A stretch of 64,000 bases of DNA from Azolla caroliniana (taxonomy: Eukaryota > Plantae > Polypodiophyta): NCBI GenBank assembly GCA_043228905.1, contig JBHGNT010000021.1:2232001-2296000 (forward strand), written 5' to 3'. Numbering within the stretch: the first letter of the stretch is position 1; each line of letters starts with the position of its first letter. Below, piece by piece: positions 61,004 to 64,000 of this stretch. A model generated the notes under the pieces. It was not told the origin of the DNA, made no database searches, and was given only the letters and a program-made list of their open reading frames with translations. The position numbers and the translations under genes are program-made.

Positions 61004-64000
61004 TCAAGATACCAAGGCACAATCAAAAGCCTGTTCTCCAAGAATTACATGTCCCCACTGTCTAGAGACCCCTAACAAAGTATGATATACTGCAGAATCA
61101 GGATCAAAAGGCATTTCCTTCATCATCGATATCACCTTGTCTAATTGTCCAGCCCTGCCATAAGTATTTACTAAACAGGTATGGTGCTCTATATGTGGTG
61201 AAATTCCAAAGTGTTTGCTCATGGACTCAAAGTATGTCCGACTTTCATTTAATACACCTGCACGATTACAAGCAGAAAGAATAATAAGAAAAGTTATAGA
61301 GTCTGGCTCTATGTGTTCAGCCATCATTCGATAAAAATTAAGGAAAACATCTTTGGTGGATCCGACCTTCGAATAGCCTGTGATTAATGCATTCCAAGAT
61401 ACTAGACCTCGGACTGGAAGTGACTCAAATACTCTCTGGGATGCACATAGACAACCACATTTGGCATACATGTTAACTAAGGTATTGCCAAGGTCATCCA
61501 TATCTAGTAGCCCTCTCTTCTCGATCTCGGCATGAATTTCAATACCTAGATTGGAGGCTCCAATGCTGCCACAAGCTTTTAAGCAACCAATGAAAGTAAC
61601 AACATTTGGGGAGACACCTTCCACTATCATTTGCCTAAAGCAGTGAATCGCCTCCTTGCCACAACCATGTTCTTCATATCCAGTCAATAACATCGTCCAT
61701 GAAACTACATGTCTATCTCGAAGTTTATCAAAAGCCTTTTGGGCGGTGGCAAGTGAGCCACATCTAGCATACATATCCACCAACATGCTGCAAACAAAGT
61801 GATCAAGTAGTAGCTTATTTCCTTTAATCATAGTATGTATTTCTTGGCCCTTCTTTATAGCTTGCAGGGTACTGCAACTCTTCAAGACACAATGTATAGT
61901 AACAGCATTAGGAAAAACTCCCTCGGCCTGCATTTGTACAAAACACTTCAGTGCTTCCTCATTGTGTCCATGCTCACTATAACCTGTGATTAGGGCAGTC
62001 CATGAAACTATATCTCTATTTGAGAGTCCGTCAAATACATGTGCTGATGATATCAAGAATCCACATTTACCATACATGTCAACCAAGGAGCTACCAACCA
62101 AATTATCTCTTTCCATAGAATCCTCTCTTTCAACACATTGTGCATGTATTTCTCGCCCTTTTTCTACATCCCGTGTGATACTGCAAAGTTTTAAGGCATA
62201 GACTAAGGTGATCTCATCAACGACGATTCTCTCAAGTTCCATACATCTAAAGCACCTCATTGCTTCTTCAATATTTCCTTGTTCAGTATACCCTGCAAGT
62301 AATGCATTCCATGATGCTGTATTCTTATGTTGAAGCCTTTCAAATACTTCATATGCTTTTCCAAGCATCCCAAATTTGGCATAGGTATCAACCACAGTAT
62401 TGCCAATCTCAAGATCTCTTTCCAATAAGCCTTGCCTTTCAATCTCAGCATGTATTTCTTGGCCCTTTCCTATTGCACCTATGCCACTACAAATTTTCAA
62501 GACACAATCAAAAGTGGCATTGTTTGGTCGGAAACCCTCAAATTGCATCTTATCAAAACATTCAATTGCCTCATCAAAGTAATCATGCTCAACATATGCA
62601 GCAATGAGTGTAGTCCATGAGACAACATTTCTGATCGGAAGCTTATCAATTAACTTTTGTGCTATATTAATGAAACCACATTTTGCATACATATCAATCA
62701 AGGCATTACCAACTGTAAGGTCTCTTTGGATCAAACCTTGTCTTTCAATCTCAGCATGAATTTCATATCCTTTATCTAGAGCTCGAATTTTCCCACAAGC
62801 TTTTAAACCACAAATAAATGTTGCAGCATTCGGGTGAACATTCTCAAGTTCCATTTGTTCCAAACACATGAGTGCTTCATCTCCATAACCATGTTCACCA
62901 TAACCTACAATTAATGAAGTCCATGCAACCACATCTTGATATTGAATCCTTTCAAATACTTGCTGAGCTAAAGTAAACAATCTGCATTTAGCAAGCATGT
63001 CAACCATAGCACTGCCTACAAATCTTTGTTGTTGGAGCCCTTGTATCTCGATCTCTGCACATATTTGTTGACCCCTCATTGCATTTCCAATGCTTCCACA
63101 AGCTTTCAATATGCAGACAAATGTAGTAGAATTTGGAATGACACCTTTGAGTGTCATTTCATCGAAACACCTTAATGCATCCTCGACATGCCCATGTTGA
63201 ACATACCCTCCAATCAACACTGTCCAGGAAATAACGTCTTGATTTGGAAGCTTATCAAATACCTCTTCTGCACAACTCAGAAGACCACATTTCACATATG
63301 CATCGATCAATGTGCTGCCAATGATAGGATTCTCTTCTAGCAAGCTTTTTCTTTCAACTTCGACATGTATACCTTGAAGTTTATTTGTGGCTCCTATGTT
63401 AGAACACGCTTTCAAAACACAAACAAATGCTGTGGCATTAGGTGGTATACCCTCCCTTTGCATTCTTTCGAAACACTCTAATGCTTCGTTGCCATGCCCA
63501 TGTTCGGCATATCCAGAAATTAGTGAAGTCCAAGAGACAATATCCTGGACCTGAAGCTCATCAAACACTTTCTTAGCATAATCAAGAGAACCAAATTTTG
63601 CATACATATCAACTAAAGTACTTCCAAGGCGAGGTTCTGTGTCGAAAAATCCTAATTCCTTGATTTGGGTATGTAAATCTACACCTTTCCTTAGATTTCC
63701 CGATGTAATGCAGGCTTTTAATATGCATATCAATGTGGGAGCATTAGGAGCAATACCTTCAATGCACATTTGATGATAAGAACTCAAAGCTTCATCTCCA
63801 TATCCATTCTCAACATAAACATCAATAAGAGTGGTCCAAATTACAACATCTCGAACATTAACTACATCAAATACGTGTATTGCTTTGCATAGAAGACCAC
63901 ATTTAGCATACATATGAATCAAAGCACTTCCAACAAATGGGTTGTTTTGAAACAGCACAATACTATCAATTTTAGCATGTATATCACCACAAATTTTCGC
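61004..64000 (-). CDS. PLS-class pentatricopeptide repeat protein (partial E domain, no DYW); N-terminus beyond window
   Basis: Intronless ORF of more than 984 aa, open to the window edge. Repeated P-L-S triplets (LVDMYAKCG, DVVSWTxLIxGYAEHG, TFVCILKAC), ending HHTCLVNTYGRAG..MPFDPDSAVYHTLLG..GEQAFDCALVS*. Confidence 0.95.
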   Translation of the reverse strand, partial: AKICGDIHAKIDSIVLFQNNPFVGSALIHMYAKCGLLCKAIHVFDVVNVRDVVIWTTLIDVYVENGYGDEALSSYHQMCIEGIAPNAPTLICILKACITSGNLRKGVDLHTQIKELGFFDTEPRLGSTLVDMYAKFGSLDYAKKVFDELQVQDIVSWTSLISGYAEHGHGNEALECFERMQREGIPPNATAFVCVLKACSNIGATNKLQGIHVEVERKSLLEENPIIGSTLIDAYVKCGLLSCAEEVFDKLPNQDVISWTVLIGGYVQHGHVEDALRCFDEMTLKGVIPNSTTFVCILKACGSIGNAMRGQQICAEIEIQGLQQQRFVGSAMVDMLAKCRLFTLAQQVFERIQYQDVVAWTSLIVGYGEHGYGDEALMCLEQMELENVHPNAATFICGLKACGKIRALDKGYEIHAEIERQGLIQRDLTVGNALIDMYAKCGFINIAQKLIDKLPIRNVVSWTTLIAAYVEHDYFDEAIECFDKMQFEGFRPNNATFDCVLKICSGIGAIGKGQEIHAEIERQGLLERDLEIGNTVVDTYAKFGMLGKAYEVFERLQHKNTASWNALLAGYTEQGNIEEAMRCFRCMELERIVVDEITLVYALKLCSITRDVEKGREIHAQCVEREDSMERDNLVGSSLVDMYGKCGFLISSAHVFDGLSNRDIVSWTALITGYSEHGHNEEALKCFVQMQAEGVFPNAVTIHCVLKSCSTLQAIKKGQEIHTMIKGNKLLLDHFVCSMLVDMYARCGSLATAQKAFDKLRDRHVVSWTMLLTGYEEHGCGKEAIHCFRQMIVEGVSPNVVTFIGCLKACGSIGASNLGIEIHAEIEKRGLLDMDDLGNTLVNMYAKCGCLCASQRVFESLPVRGLVSWNALITGYSKVGSTKDVFLNFYRMMAEHIEPDSITFLIILSACNRAGVLNESRTYFESMSKHFGISPHIEHHTCLVNTYGRAGQLDKVISMMKEMPFDPDSAVYHTLLGVSRQWGHVILGEQAFDCALVS

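Noticed and set aside
61986-62620. Short ORFs overlapping the PPR gene
   Set aside because: Antisense or alternate-frame shadows of the long PPR ORF.

Overview
Eukaryotic land-plant nuclear DNA: AT-rich, GT-AG introns, microsatellites and nested retroelement debris. The PPR repeat style suggests a fern or other seed-free plant, which is inference only. I assembled five protein-coding genes by hand: (1) a SAPS/SIT4-phosphatase-associated PP6 regulatory subunit (+, 18 visible exons, 1003-15021, first exon outside the window); (2) a reversibly glycosylated polypeptide/UDP-arabinopyranose mutase (-, 17205-20436); (3) an EH-domain ATPase EHD1-like (+, 16 exons, 43813-54985); (4) a dephospho-CoA kinase (+, 58556-59930); (5) a long intronless PLS-class PPR gene (-, 61004 to beyond 64000). 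Mobile DNA includes a young but crippled Ty1/copia with TSD in a SAPS intron, two L1-clade LINE copies, chromovirus and other Gypsy remnants, a three-LTR mini-element with a tRNA-Ala-type PBS, two hAT-type MITEs and many RTE-clade LINE 3' ends. The most notable signal is a 3'-terminal stem-loop in these RTE ends with compensatory base-pair changes between copies. It is associated with microsatellite tails, head-to-tail stacking and a possible tRNA-headed SINE. No prokaryotic-type system (CRISPR, operon) is present, and I see no evidence for a novel protein-coding system.
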